A stretch of 60,640 nt of DNA, counting the filler, from Sphacelaria rigidula (lineage: Eukaryota): the NCBI GenBank assembly GCA_964200075.2. It is 7 parts of 7 records of this genome, joined end to end, with 100 filler letters (N's around TTAATTAATTAA, not from the genome) between each part and the next. Parts side by side here need not be neighbours in the genome. Positions count along the whole stretch, not along the records: positions 26,033 to 34,609 come from CAXNAA020010724.1; positions 34,710 to 43,286 come from CAXNAA020010725.1; 5 more parts are not named here. The stretch is one strand, 5' to 3'. A model generated the notes under the pieces. It saw only the letters and a list, made by a program, of their open reading frames with translations, did no database searches and was not told where the DNA came from. Shown here piece after piece: positions 26,033 to 39,129 of this stretch. The translations under genes were made by a program, and so were the position numbers. Position 1 is the stretch's first letter, and each line of letters opens with the position of its first letter.

Positions 26033-26715
26033 AGGGAAAGCACGGCTTTTGAGTTGAACCTCATTTTGTTTCCACCCCATTTTCGAGAATCGGCTGTTAA
26101 AGGTGGTTACGCATGTACCGCATTGTCCGCGAACATAACCACGATGATTTTCATGAAGGGAATGCCCCGCCCTCCCTTCGTTATGCCAAAGCCAACGTTG
26201 TTGTTACATACGTCCATGACTAGCACGCTTTGCCCCGTAACACATCTGTTAACCACCCAAACCGAATAAATGTTCATGTACGCGTACAACACCATCTCCC
26301 CAAACCTGGTGGACGGGCAGCAGATGAACTACGGGAAAATAGACACGGGCGTTAAAAGAGGTGATGTACTGCAAAGACGACGATGGTAGCGATGAGATAG
26401 GCGACGGATCCAATCACTTGCCCACAATGAGACCAGTCCTATCGAGAGCCATTGATTTGACGATTTGCTCGCGCGCTCAGTACCCTACGATGACACCAGT
26501 CCTATCGAGCACAATTACGATAGCGATTTGTTCGCCCGCTCATCGACGGCGTCGCGGACCCTGTTTAAATCCATCTCCCGTCGGGTTCTTCATATACAAC
26601 TGGATGAGACATATTTCCCCCTCGAAATTGCAAGAGTCCTTCCTCGGGCGTACCGAGGTATATTGACTTCTCGGACGGTTTTATCCACGCGCTCGAAATA
26701 TCCTATCTTGAACAG

Positions 26716-26820
26716 GAATTGACGCTAAAGTCGGTGTGTGACGAGAAGCGATTCCCTCTGCTGGACAGCTTCCACTGGGAGATCCTACGCATGTTCCCCG
26801 CCCCTCCGTTCTACGTTAAG
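26716..26820 (+). CDS. Isolated internal exon of a cytochrome P450, CYP74-clan-like (J/K-helix)
   Basis: AG/GT-bounded 105-nt phase-0 exon ELTLKSVCDEKRFPLLDSFHWEILRMFPAPPFYVK with the ExxR motif, similar to allene oxide synthase ELT...KSVVYE.LR.EPPV. Confidence 0.55.
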
Positions 26821-27307
26821 GTTTGTGATTGTCACGTCCTCGTGTAACATTTATGTGCAAATGGACCTCAGCTTCTTTGGGATCATGAAGTGGTGGGCCT
26901 TATGTCACAGCAGCATAGATATGTTTCTGAAAGTGCTGCAAGGTGACTCCCCTGAACGAGATGCAACTACCAGGTTACCCCTCAACTAATGATGGAAGTG
27001 GCGGGTAATCTGCAAGTAGTGCCGGGAAGATTTTGATAAACTGTTAGCTCACCTCTTTTGATTCGTGAACCGTCTGTATGCTGAGCATTGTGTGACATAT
27101 GCATATAGTACTGCACGTCACGGCGTATTCGTGTCAACCAGATCGAGCTTTTTAATGGGATCCTCGAACAGTTTCTAGTCTCTATATTTGACCTGAAGGA
27201 CGAACTAGACAACCGATGCACCCCGAACAAAGATCAAATCACTTGGGTGTGGGAGCCATGTGCCGTGTGTATTTCGTCGATCCGACAAGATCCGGCTCTG
27301 TTATACC

Positions 27308-27409
27308 AGTCTTTTCACGATTGGTCAATCGTCGAAATCACTGACGGTTTCCGCACTAGTCTTTTCACGATTGATCAGTCGTCGAAATCACTGACGGTTT
27401 CCGCACTAG
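27308..27409. repeat. ~50-bp tandem duplication
   Basis: AGTCTTTTCACGATTG.TCA.TCGTCGAAATCACTGACGGTTTCCGCACTAG occurs twice. Confidence 0.85.
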
Positions 27410-28396
27410 CCCACTATAGACGTTTGATGGCGTGATGCGAGTTGACCCAATGAATAGCATCTAGCCGTTACCCACGGTCAATCGTTCCCACGAGTAAGGG
27501 CTTCAACCTTTGCTCAGGATGCGTCTACTGAATCGTCTATCGGTCAGATGAAAAGTCCAGGAAACCTATACGGATTGCCAGAAGGGTGCCATGTGTGACA
27601 TTGGCAGCTCAATTTCTTTTTCCTGAAATGGCCAACGTGTACTCAACCTACCCCAACCTGCTTCACAAAGTGACTACGGCTTACATGGCACGCGAAACGT
27701 TGCGCAGATTGGCCTAGAGTTGCCCCATGAAATATGTATTTTACTGTACTGTAGTCATGTCCGTGTACTGTATTCAAGCTGGAAAGTCTGTTGTTCACCC
27801 TTGTACGACAGTAAACCAAGCAGCAGCACCTCACCCTTCAACCACTACTGCTGCACTGCAGCCCCGTGTCAAACACAGGTGTGCATAGCAAAGTGTCTGA
27901 CTTTACAAGCACGACAGGAGATAAGTCGACACATCCTGTACAGTATTTGGCGGCCTGTATGATGACAAAATTCTGCTTTCTCGTGTACGGAAGCTTGGGT
28001 TGCTTCGGTCGACTCTCGACTGCGGGGTTTCAATTGCCAAGGATATCTATTTCCTATTGACTCTAGTCTGCTGGTCATCACGCAACTCTCAAATGTGGTG
28101 GCATGAGGCTTGTGGTTGGATTAAGGGTCTTTGTTATCGACACAGTTTTTCGGAGATCTCCAAGATTTTACAAGTTTGTGCAAATGGCGCTCGGAGTTCT
28201 CGGAGAATGAAACGGCTAGAATTTTTCTCCAAACCTTCACGTGAGGAGAACTCCGAACATATCGGACCGAAGCGCAACACTCCGCAGAGCTGCCCTTGGC
28301 GCACGCCGTGGCGCTCGCAAACATGCGAAAATCATCAGGAACCTTGTTAGGGACACCCTGGGCTATGTCGTACAGTAAAAAGCACCGCGAGTAGGC

Positions 28397-28502
28397 GCAC
28401 GGGTGGCCACCGGGGTGCCTGTAACCTCAAACGTTACGGACGTTGCACAAGGTCTGGAACGTCCAAATTTGAGGTTGCAGGCATCCCAGTGGCCACCCGT
28501 GC
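28397..28502. mobile_element. Small MITE-like foldback (~106 bp)
   Basis: 35-bp TIRs GCACGGGTGGCCAC.GGG.TGCCTG.AACCTCAAA with 3 mismatches; no TSD seen. Confidence 0.65.
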
Positions 28503-29079
28503 CGTATCTATCTCCTTAGACGGTGCGTGCCCCGGCAGCAGTGAAGCTGTTGGGGTCAAGCACGGTGGTCGTCGTTTGCAGACATGCGAAAATTAGAAAC
28601 AATCCAGCGGCTGCCTACTTGCCTGCAGTGCTACTACGGGTGTACGCTACTGAACCGTCTAAAAAGTGTATTATTTAGCTGGTGGTTTAATTGGGTGTGT
28701 CGGCGCATACAACTCACAGAAAGCAAGCATGCTGTAATCTATGCACGGGGCTTTCTACAGTCGGTATTTTTACTCATGTGTGCTGCTGCAGCATCCCGAG
28801 AGAGCAGGTCGATCACGCCCAAGCCTGCCCGACAGCCCCCCCGTGTCACAGAGAGGTTGCGAGAAAGATGTTTCCCACAGTTATGAACGCCATACACGGG
28901 CAGGTAGCATAACCCTGTCCTTTATTTTGCCGGCGAAGGCAAGCAGACGACGAGATCAGCACTATCTGTAATGAGATATCTAACAACAACAACAGTAGAT
29001 CTAGATAATATAAGAAGCCCTAGGCGATTGCCGAAATTTCAGGCCTTTTCCCATTTTTTTATTTGTCGATAGTAACGGC

Positions 29080-30805
29080 CTCTAGGCAACTTGAACATGA
29101 GCTATGTTGGCTGGAGGCATGGCAGCACATAATTATGTGCTTGCGATTGATAGCGGTCGCATTGCAGGCAAGAACGCCTGCAGGTGATTGCCGCTAGTAC
29201 GCTCTACCCGCATTTCTCCGCGATGCAGAGCAATGCCACGGTAAGGTTGCACTTTTTGCGCGAAATGTTGTCTGGTTCTGGGCCTCCTTGATACTTTAAA
29301 TGCAAAAAAATATGGGTCAGAGCACCCCCGTTTGCACATTCATTCGGGACATCCCTAGCACATCGGAATAGTAGTCCTAGCGTACTCTCACATATTTCGG
29401 AAGTCGTGTTTTGGATGAGATAAAGGGCTCTTAACCATTCCAACCTCAGACAACATTTTTTCGCACCCCTACCGTAGCATCCCTCTGCACTGAGGTTTTA
29501 GCCAGCGTGATGAGCATGTATCTACAGACAGTGTTCATGAAGTAGAAAATGTACACGCTGCTCAGCTGTCTCGCGTCGCACGTCGTCTACCTACGCTGCC
29601 CGTGTAACCTGGGACTGTTGGGTACGAAGTGCGGATAAGGCGTACCAGCCGCGAAGATGGCTCCATGTATCGACGCTTTCTTCGTCGCACCGGCGATGTC
29701 CTTCACGAACAACTTGTGGGTTACTTTCCCACAGCTGTAGGAGCTGCGAGGAAGAAGAGCAATGTTGTATATCTAGTCCCCAAGGCTACAACATCGTGAT
29801 ACTGATCCTAATTGATCAAGGGAGAGCCTCGGTAAGGATTGCCTCTGGACAGGGGAATGTGAGGAACGTTTTGTATTCAACTCTCATACCCTTTTACTCA
29901 CCAAACATCAACCATGCAAGCTCTACCCGAGCTGCTCTCTGCCACCCCGAAATGCAATCCCAGAAATGCACAAACGAGAATAATCCTGGAGGGTATGACC
30001 GCACTGTGTGTTCCCACAAATTCCATACATCCAGTCATGACACAATCTGACATGCTCACGATATCCGATGCCCATGATATATCATCAATCTGCCCCGCAT
30101 GTACCCGAATTTATCCACGTACACATGCACTAGTGTTCAGCTCGGCAATATTGAATTAGCTCCCCTTCTCGAGGCTTAACCTTACTCATATCGCACAAAA
30201 AATCCTACTTCCATCCCATAAGATCGGACTAACTCAAAAGCACAAATACCGCGATACGCAGAAGACTCAGGAGTGATGCTACGATAGGGGTTGCACTTTT
30301 TGTTTCTGGCTCTCGTTTTTGGAGGAGCCTAAATATATGGGGCTTACTGTGCAACCCAAATCTCCGGGGACAGGACATGGAGATGCACACAGGGGTCTTT
30401 TCGTGAATCGGCATCATTTTCAGTCTCTTTCAAGTGAAAATGATGCCGATTCTCAAAATTATCCGTGCAACACCCCGAGAAACATTTTCGCTCAAAACGT
30501 GCAACCCTACCGTAGCATCACTCTCGGCAAGGAAAAAAAACAGAATCATCAAGGAAAATCACCTCCCGAATTATATGCCCCCCTGATCCCATATCATCTC
30601 ACCGTTTCCGGGAGCATAAAGTATAAAATCTCGGAACATTTTTCGCTAAAAATCTACCGAGAAAATCATATTATTCTCACTATGGAAATGCTAGATACAC
30701 GGAAGACTCGGCAAGGGAAATACAAAAAGCATCGAGGAAAACCACCTCCTATATTATATGCCCCCCTGACCCTATAGTATCTCACCATTTTCGGGAGCAT
30801 AAAAT
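29080..30805. repeat. Degenerate repeat region with direct and inverted subrepeats (old DNA transposon remnant)
   Basis: GCAACCCTACCGTAGCATC-type motif in both orientations (~29240, 29465, 30275, 30501). ~95-bp direct repeat at 30524-30620 and 30708-30803. 110-bp segment shared with 39847-39956. Confidence 0.5.
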
Positions 30806-31925
30806 GTCAAATCTTGGGCGTTTTTTTTTATAACTACCCCGCAAACGTGTGGCCCGAAATCCAAGATCAATGAATAAAATCAACCAAAAAGAATCATGTG
30901 CCTTGATTCATCAAAACGTTAATGCCAAATCGATCGACCCCATGACCTCTTTCGTGGCCACAGCACATGCTTGGAAACTCTTGAATTTCATGTCGAAAAC
31001 CAAACTCATATGAAAAAGAAATTGCCACCATGTCGTCATCTCGGTGGTAATATGAAAACCGAGACTCAATCACCAAAATCGAAGTTAAATCGGACTACGA
31101 TAAAATATTCGATGTACTATTAATCGTCATATCGCTATACCCACGCACGATAAAAGCCATGCATCTCAATTTTCACGCGGTTTAGAAGCGCGCCAGTAAT
31201 TTTTACGCAAAATACTCTCCACCAAATCCCCCAAACGTCCTTATTATTATGCGTTCCAAATACTGTTGCTAATCTGATGACCACTAGTCAAATCACTGCA
31301 GTCGGACAGTAGTCACATACTGCGCTTTCACTCACAACCAAACTGTTCAATGCATGAATCTACGATCAGCTGGTGTTGTGAAGAAATCAACACTTGACAT
31401 GGCCACATTTGGCGTATGATATTCCCCAAAATCTATCTCCGGCTTTCTGCATTCTTCCATGGACACGCATTACCCTGCTCCATCGAACCGGCACCTCATA
31501 GTTGCTCCAACACCGGCATCACTTTCCTTCTCCAACCCATCGTCACCGTCCCCCCGCTCCGTTCCACCGGTGCCGACGACGCTACGCATTAGAATGTGTT
31601 GTCGATTGTGTCGGTGGTGGCGGCAGTGGTGTTAGCATTAGTCGTGTCGGACTCGGGGTTGTGGTAAAATATGGAAGTAGTGGCGCGACGGTGAATGGGT
31701 ATGGTGGCGGCGGCGTAGCGGTAATGGGGAAATACATGTGTTACGGCGCAGCGATGGGCGGAAGTGATGGTAACGGCGGCGCAGTGGTAGTAAAAATGTG
31801 TTGGTGTCGGTTCGGGGATGGGGCAGTATGGTATGATGTAGGAGCGACAATGCGTCGTAGCGGCGGCGCGACAATATGGCGTAAAAATGACGGTAGCGGC
31901 GTCGGCTCGGGTTTTACCGCGCTGA

Positions 31926-33720
31926 TCAGCGGCTGCGGGGATGCCGGCGGGTCGGCGGCGGTACTCGCTCCGTAACCCTCCCTGCCGTCGAGCGGTATCG
32001 GCGGTGGTTACATAAGCTGTAAACGCGAAACAGGTCGCACGAAAGGTACACCACTTGCAGGGGAACCAGACTGGATGCTAACACCTGTTGTGTCAGACAT
32101 AACGCTTGTAGCGGAAGCGGACTGGACAAAGAAACCGAGGGGGGGAGACACAACGCCTTCGGCGGAATAATGGCATGAGCCAATACTAAGGGGAAATGAA
32201 ACATATCTATTTCCTCACTCGGGGGCTCACTACAAGACGCTACAGTAACTTGGGGCGCATGATGCGCCAGGGAAAATTCTACAGTATAATACCGGGAATC
32301 AGACTCATCGCAAGCAGTCCGGGCAGCTGTCGGTGAAGACTCTACCGTAGCACGCGAAGACTCTACAGTAGTAGGGAGATCTGACTCTACAGTAGTGAAG
32401 AGATCTGACTCTACAATAGAAAACGGGGAATTAGACTCATCGCAAACAGTCCAGGCAGCTGTCGGTGAAGACTTGACCGTAGCACGCGAAGACTCTACAG
32501 TAGTAGGGAGACCTGACTCTACAATAGTATGGAGATCTGACCGTACACTGGTTGGCGAAGCTACAGTTGGTTTATCTGACCTTACACTAGAGGGCGAAAC
32601 TACAGTGGTTGAGGGGGTCGAAACTACAGTACTTGGGGGGCACTGGCAGTAGCACGCGAAGACACCGTCGCAGTAGATTGCGCTACAGTAGTCGGGGTTG
32701 TACCGACAGAAGCACACGAAGACACAGCATTCGGGATGTTTCTGACGGCATCATGCGGAGACATAGTGCTCGAGGGATTACTGACAGTATCACGCGAAGA
32801 CACAGTCCTCGGGGGGTTACTGAAAGTAGCACGCGAAGACACAGCAACTGTAGAATGTCACCCCATGGCGGGCACTGCGATCGAATTATCATCCGATGTG
32901 GGCGGCGAACATTTCGCGAGTTGAGAAGATGAACGCGAACTACGGTCTATTCGAAGTTGCACATTCAACAACGATATACCTGCTCTAGTCAAAGTAATGT
33001 CCTGTTTGTACTGTGCCTGATGTAAAGAGAAGAGGTTGAGCTTAATACCATCAAGCACATACACGTTAGCGAGCTTCACACAAACACTAGTGCGCTCAGC
33101 CCTGTCAGTCAGTCCCATGTAAAATTTGAGGTTAAGCCTACCGACCGCTCTTCCTGGGAGTACAGTATCATCTCCTAGAATCATATTCTCGTTACCATAA
33201 GGGGGGACTAGCACATCAAACAGCCCCTCCATACTTCCAGTAGTATGATGTGAGGCCCCGGTGTTAGGTATCCACTCTTCCAAGTCATCGCCTCTCTCCG
33301 ATACCTCCCCACGATGCATCATAGCATATCCCTGCAAATCAACGTTACCGAGCCGAAACCGAGACTCGCCTTTTGACGTGGAAAATGTCATATATAGTCG
33401 TGGATGCTCCGAGGTGGACGTATCGGCAGACGGAGCAGATGTAGCTGGGGGGGCTGCCGGCTGCTGATACTGCTGTTGTTGGTCGTGAGGTGGGGCTGCG
33501 GTTTGTTATTGTTGGTGATGAGGGCTGTATTCCGGGTTAGGATAGTACTAAAAGTGATGCTGCTGACCCGGTGGTTGGTACTATTGGGAAGGTTGCTGTG
33601 GGTAGTGGTCTGTTGGTGGGGAAGGTTGATAGGTGTTTTGTGGGGGGTGGTGAGGATATGGTGGTGCGTGACATGCAGTGGGTTAGTGGTGCTGCTGATA
33701 TTTAGTGTTGCGCCCAAAGA
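31926..33720 (-). mobile_element. Ty1/Copia LTR retrotransposon remnant (gag tail and aspartic protease, followed by a minisatellite-encoded S/T-rich region)
   Basis: EEWIPNTGASHHTTGSMEGLFD...MILGDDTVLPGRAVGRLNLKF...VKLANVYVLDGIKLNLFSL matches the Copia protease W.DSGAS.HMT...V..V.....NL.S pattern, with catalytic D replaced by N. Confidence 0.8.
32275..32855. repeat. Compound minisatellite (GTAGCACGCGAAGACTCTACAGTAG / ACTCTACAGTAG units)
   Basis: Multiple copies; translates on the minus strand to TVESSRATVES/TVESDLP repeats. Confidence 0.85.
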
Positions 33721-34609
33721 AAAAATACATTTTTCGGAATAGAATCTGACCACTTTTCCCTGCAGTGCGCACTCCCGCAGCACACAATACCAGGTATAGC
33801 AACGTGGAAGTGTTGACTGTGGTTTGTACAAAATATGAGCAAAGTTTCAGCGCCTCACAGCTCTATAGCGCGCGTGGGATCGTGCGTCATGAAATGCGCA
33901 GCTCTACAGACTGTGTGCCGATCGGTACACAACCGATGGTCATAATCCAGAGAGGGTCACAGTACAGATTGGTGTCAGTTTTCTGCCACATCGGCCGCCC
34001 AGCCGCGCTAAATGTTCAAGTTTGTGCATCTGCGCGTGCACATATGCTTCCACCTGTAGTGCGCAAAGTCTGGGCAGCTGCATGACCGGTTTGAGAGCGC
34101 ATGGACGGCATTCCCCACAATGATCTGAGGCCATGTTGTACGTTATTTCCAGGCCCAATCGCGTCGATGCTTCGGGCATATGCTGCCTGTGTTGTGCTCC
34201 ACTAGTGTGCAAAGTCCCATGATGGGACACGCAGTCACAGGCGAGAAATCCCCAACTCAAGTTACACTGAAAAATGGTGGTTTACCGCGGGAAAGGACTC
34301 AAATAAACATGAGATGCGGTTACGCCCTGATCACGTCGCATGTCATATGCGTTAATGTAGTATTACGGTACGGGTATACTGCCAGTAGACCGCACATTGC
34401 ATCAGCATATTAGAGAGTTTCGGGGAAAAAAATCAGAACTCAGGGATAAAAGCGAAAACGACTGGATTGTTTACGCTTAAACCCCAGGTTTGTTTTTATT
34501 TATTTTTACCACGTAGGTGTGGACCGTGGCAAACTTTTCAGGGTTTAGTATTTTCTGTTCCGAATGCCACGTGGTCGGTGTCATGAGTTGAAAAGGTACA
34601 AGTCGCGCC

Positions 34610-34709
34610 NNNNNNNNNNNNNNNNNNNNNNNNNNNNNNNNNNNNNNNNNNNNTTAATTAATTAANNNNNNNNNNNNNNNNNNNNNNNNNNNNNNNNNNN
34701 NNNNNNNNN
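34610..34709. other. Artificial contig linker
   Basis: Same 100-bp linker. Confidence 0.98.
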
Positions 34710-34903
34710 GTGAGTGTTGTGGTGCTTTGGTGCGTCGTTGCGGGATGGAGCGGGCGTTGGGTTGGGGGTGGTGGGGTTGGGGGGGGGGAGGTGGTGATCA
34801 CACACAAAGGCTCGGAGGGCAACCGTCACTTGTGCAGGTATCGTATAGTGTTGAGCTCGGCCAGAGCACCACGAGTACGACTGCACTGCCGTGTGCTCTC
34901 GTG

Positions 34904-35765
34904 CAAGCTCCATCTGGGACCCGGATATCGCTGTGAAATCTCAGGTCCATCTGCGATATACATCTGGGGTATGAACGTTCTTCTGGTAGGTCCATCTGGG
35001 ATGTGGACTTTCATCTGGTAGGTCCATCTTGACTATTCATCTAGGATCTCACGTCCATCTGATGCCCGTCTGAGATGTTTATCGGGGAGATCCGCCTTTG
35101 TGTATACCATACGCCCTTTTTATCAGTGCGCACATACCCTGGCAGTGCACACTGCATTATTCGTACCAGCACATGCCAGCTCACATGCACGCCATACGAG
35201 CGCTCACTGCACTGCGGTCTAGTTACGTACGCCAGCCCGGATGTTTGTCCCGCCACCGCGGACTGCACAGCGCTGTGCGAGCGCATGCTAACCCAGATGC
35301 ATGGTCACTTGTACACATGTTGCGAGCGGGATTAGGTCAGGGTTGATATTACGGTTGGATCTCGGGGTCGGGTTCAGTTTCTAGTGGAAACTTGCATGCA
35401 GAAAGCATTCCCGACAAGTAAGTAGTCTTGTTGGCATCCCAGATGGACATCACGGAGAGATATTCGTCTCCCAGGTGGACATTTCAAGTGGACATTCCAA
35501 GTGCGTCCTGCGATATCCTACATAGATAGGCATCCCAGATAGATATCCATATCCCGGATGAGGATCCCAGGATGAAATCTATATCCTCGTTGGATATTCA
35601 AAACGGATATCCATATCCCAACTAGAGATTCTAGATGGACCTCAGATCTCAGATGGATATCGATACTCGAGATGGGTGTTCATCGGGGATATCGCGACGT
35701 CCCAGATGGGTGTGAGACCCCAGGTAGACGTGCCTCATGGATACTCATATCCCACATGGAGCTTG
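34904..35765. mobile_element. Non-autonomous TIR element (862 bp) with inverted subterminal CCATCTGGGA/CCCAGATGG arrays
   Basis: TIR CAAGCTCCATCTGGGA versus TCCCACATGGAGCTTG (15/16). The subrepeat runs in opposite orientation at each end. No TSD. Confidence 0.7.
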
Positions 35766-38146
35766 AACGATACACCAGGGCTCGTTGTAAGTGATATGCT
35801 TGAAAGCATGAAACATTGGTGAAAATGCGGCAGTTGGGGGAAGAATCGATGCCCTTCATGCAATTCGATCACTTCGTATGTGAAGCATCTTTGATAGTTT
35901 TGGTGTACTTCGTACACGTGTACAGATCGTCTCTTAGCACCAGCTACACAGCGCTGCACTATGGAGATTAGCCCCCAATCAGGAGCTACGAATAGGAATC
36001 GTTCTTTCTTGCATGGGGGAGCGTATTCTCGAAAGTGGAGCGACGTTCCCAACTATTTTTTCATCTCAAAAGGGGGGTATTTTAAATCCAATAAGTTAGG
36101 TTGCAAAATGTGGTAACTGCCCTTAATTGACGTGCGATTAACCTGTTGCTGGACTTGAAGTGAAATATGCACACCATCTTGAGAGACTGACAAGAGCTGA
36201 CCGCGAGTCAGAGAAGCCGAACTGATGCGATGACTTGGAGAAGGAGATCATCCCACCCTCCAGAGAAGGGGAAGAGAAAAGAGAAAGCTACTTCTGCAGC
36301 TGTTGCGGTTGCCCATAAAGTGCTTTATCTTCAGCTGCTTCCGGCCAATGTGGAAGATATTCGATTTCGGCCCAGGAAAATGACAGGGTGAAGGAGAGGT
36401 GCCGGAACTGATCAACACGGGCCGCTTCCTCGTGCGTCTCGCAATGTTTTTCCGTGAAACGTCAGAAATCCACGGATGAGAAATTCAGTGTCCATCTTTC
36501 AATTCAAACGAAGGTGGTGGTGTGGATACTTCTTCATACAAGGGGGAAATCCCACAAGTGTCTGTCAAGGACAACCCCCTTTTCACGTTGACGACACCAT
36601 GAGATGACTCCGTATACTTCATGAAGAAAAAGTTCAGGGTTCGAATTCCGGTTTACGTCAACGCCACAAGAAAAAAAGAGTTAGGCGGACAATAAAAGTT
36701 GTGAAGTACAGGGAAAATGGTGGGTGACTAGCAAGCAGAGTACACAAACTCATGGGCAGGTCTTCTGCGGTGATTGTTCGCTTAGCAACTCAATACACGC
36801 ACAAGAGATGTGAAAAAAAAGGGTGCTCAAATGTTCTCACCGCTAGCCGGCGAAAAACATTACTTCGGCAAAAACCTCTTTTCGACAAAGAACGTGCGAG
36901 GAAGCTCATCAAAGGTGAGGGTGTTGTGAATATTGCCACGTACAAGGGGAAAGCTCCGACAAGTGTCTGTCGAGGACAATCGTCTTTTCATATTCAGGGT
37001 TTGTTTACAAAAACAGTTGAACTATCAAGCGACAACTTACCGGCTGTGTAACTGAAGCAGGTGCTGCACACGCTCGAAATGAGGCGTTGGTTGCTGGTTA
37101 TCGAGTGGCATGGTCAAATCGCCGGGTTGGATTGTAAAGGTGCTGCTCCCCGCTTATCGAACATCCCGTTGGGAGGACGCGCTACAGTTCACAGCATATC
37201 TTGCCAGAATAGTGATGGAGCTCAACTGCACGACACCTTACCATTGTAATTATCTGGGTCTTCGTGCCACCCGCTACGCCGAAGTGGAACCAGCTGGAAT
37301 TTCGCTTCACGTTGGGCCCGCCCTCGCAATCCCTGGATAGAACGAAGGATGATGCATGCGCACCGGTGGATAGATATTTGAGGTGCTCGAGGCAACGGTG
37401 TTGGCACATTCATGGCATGCTCTTGCTCCTCGTCAGGCATAGGAATAGAAAAAAAACACCACACAACCCACTGTATGTCACAAGGCCAAGGGCGCGACAA
37501 CACGGGTAATTACGACATTTGATTGTTGTTGTGGAGAATGACCGGCCAACACAACGACAAACGGAAGTTAGCTCGAAACACTGCACGAGAGAAGCGTTTA
37601 ATTTTTTCGGTGTATTCTCAGCATCGGCCTATGTAATTATTTTCACATATTCTCCACGCGATGGGTTGCTGCTCGCAGTTGAAATATGCACTCAAACTGT
37701 AGTGTTTTCGTACTTTGAGGCGGTGGGCTGAAAATGACATGAAGATTCTTGGTGGACTTTGCTGATTACTCCTCTCGAGAGCACTGCTACAGGACAACAA
37801 CATAAGGAGTAGATACGTCACAGAAAATGGACGAGATACAGTACAGGTCGGAACCAGACATACCGCAAGACATACCAGGCGTATTCGGGTGGGTGCCCCT
37901 CCTGTTAGAACATGTATCGAGGTAGTTTGAGCATATACCTGGTCCGAGCGGAGTGATAACCAAATTAGATTCGAGAAAGTTTGGGGTAGTACATGTTTCA
38001 GGCTGAGTTGCAACGCGAGGTGTGAGGGAAGGGTTGTGACTCCCAAGGTGAGTGAACGGTGAGGGGTACGCACCCCCCCGCCCACACTCTTGTCCGAGCC
38101 AAACCTAAACAGTCTATGGCTCTTCCTCAAATATCGCGAGTACTTT

Positions 38147-38890
38147 ACACGTCGGACAGCTCACGAGCTACCTAAACTAGATAATTGAAGAGGGCTGTCG
38201 GATACCTTCTCCAGAAACGCAAAATACGTGTCAGCAGGACCCGAGAAGTCTAAGCGCTACCTTTGTGCTACTCCGTGTGCACGGTATCCAGCACTGTAGG
38301 GAGCAAATTTTGAGGAAGGGACCAAACGAGCTAGCTCATGATCCGGATCAGCAGACTAATAAGAAGCATTATTCAGGTGGCTCCTGAGCTTCCTGACGTG
38401 CGCAAAGTTCGATACAGTTCAGCGATTCCACCGATCAACAACAAGAATCGTGAACTCATCTTTTCTTCCGCCTTTTATCCTCCACTAATGTGCGAGACAC
38501 TCTGCCGGCCACACTGTGAGTCTTTCGGTGGTAGCTTGCAGGGCACTCTGTATGCCTGTGTTGATTTGCATACTATCTAAGCTGCGGTAGTCCGTTACGC
38601 ATTGTACCGAATGTATTGGAGAACATGTTCACACGTGGGACAGCTCATTAGCTACTATACCTGAAATAAGTAATCGAAGAGAACTCTTAGACCCATTGTA
38701 CAAGAACACAAAACACGTGACAGCAGTGTCCGAGAAGCCAAAGCGTTACCTTCCCGCTACACGGCGTGCTTGGCGTCCATCGCTGTCGGGAGCTAACACG
38801 GAAATAGTGGCCAAATGAGCCAGTTCATGATCCGGATCAGTACTCTAAAAAGAAGTAATATCCAGGTAGGTCATGAGCTGTCCGACGTGT
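38147..38890. mobile_element. Two diverged copies of a ~255-bp MITE (38147-38402, 38631-38890)
   Basis: Colinear copies sharing TCATGATCCGGATCAG, each with inverted ends ACACGTCGGACAGCTCA / TGAGCTGTCCGACGTGT. Confidence 0.65.
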
Positions 38891-39129
38891 GCACATTTTG
38901 AGATCGTCTGATGTGCAGAAATGTTAGCATTTATTAGTCCCGTCGCCCAAGCAAGCGTGGCACAAATCAACTCAAGCTTCACTCGTGTAGAATCCTATAA
39001 TAGGTACGACGAAGGGTAGGCTGCCAACGCCTCCATGTAGCAAAACCTTATTACGTTATACATGGGAGGTCAGCACGAACCAATCGTTTTTCATCGAGAA
39101 AACTTGGACGAAACGAAAATGATAATATA

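Noticed and set aside
29590..29745. Minus-strand AG-bounded exon-like stretch (KLFVKDIAGATKKASIHGAIFAAG)
   Set aside because: No recognisable homology; lies within a degenerate repeat region.
31502..31975. Gly-rich 157-aa ORF
   Set aside because: Low-complexity sequence adjoining the Copia remnant on the opposite strand.
37250..37330. IIWVFVPPATPKWNQLEFRF, reminiscent of IS630/ISAzo13 PP..S.WN.IE
   Set aside because: A single short motif with no upstream catalytic Asp motifs recoverable; could be chance.
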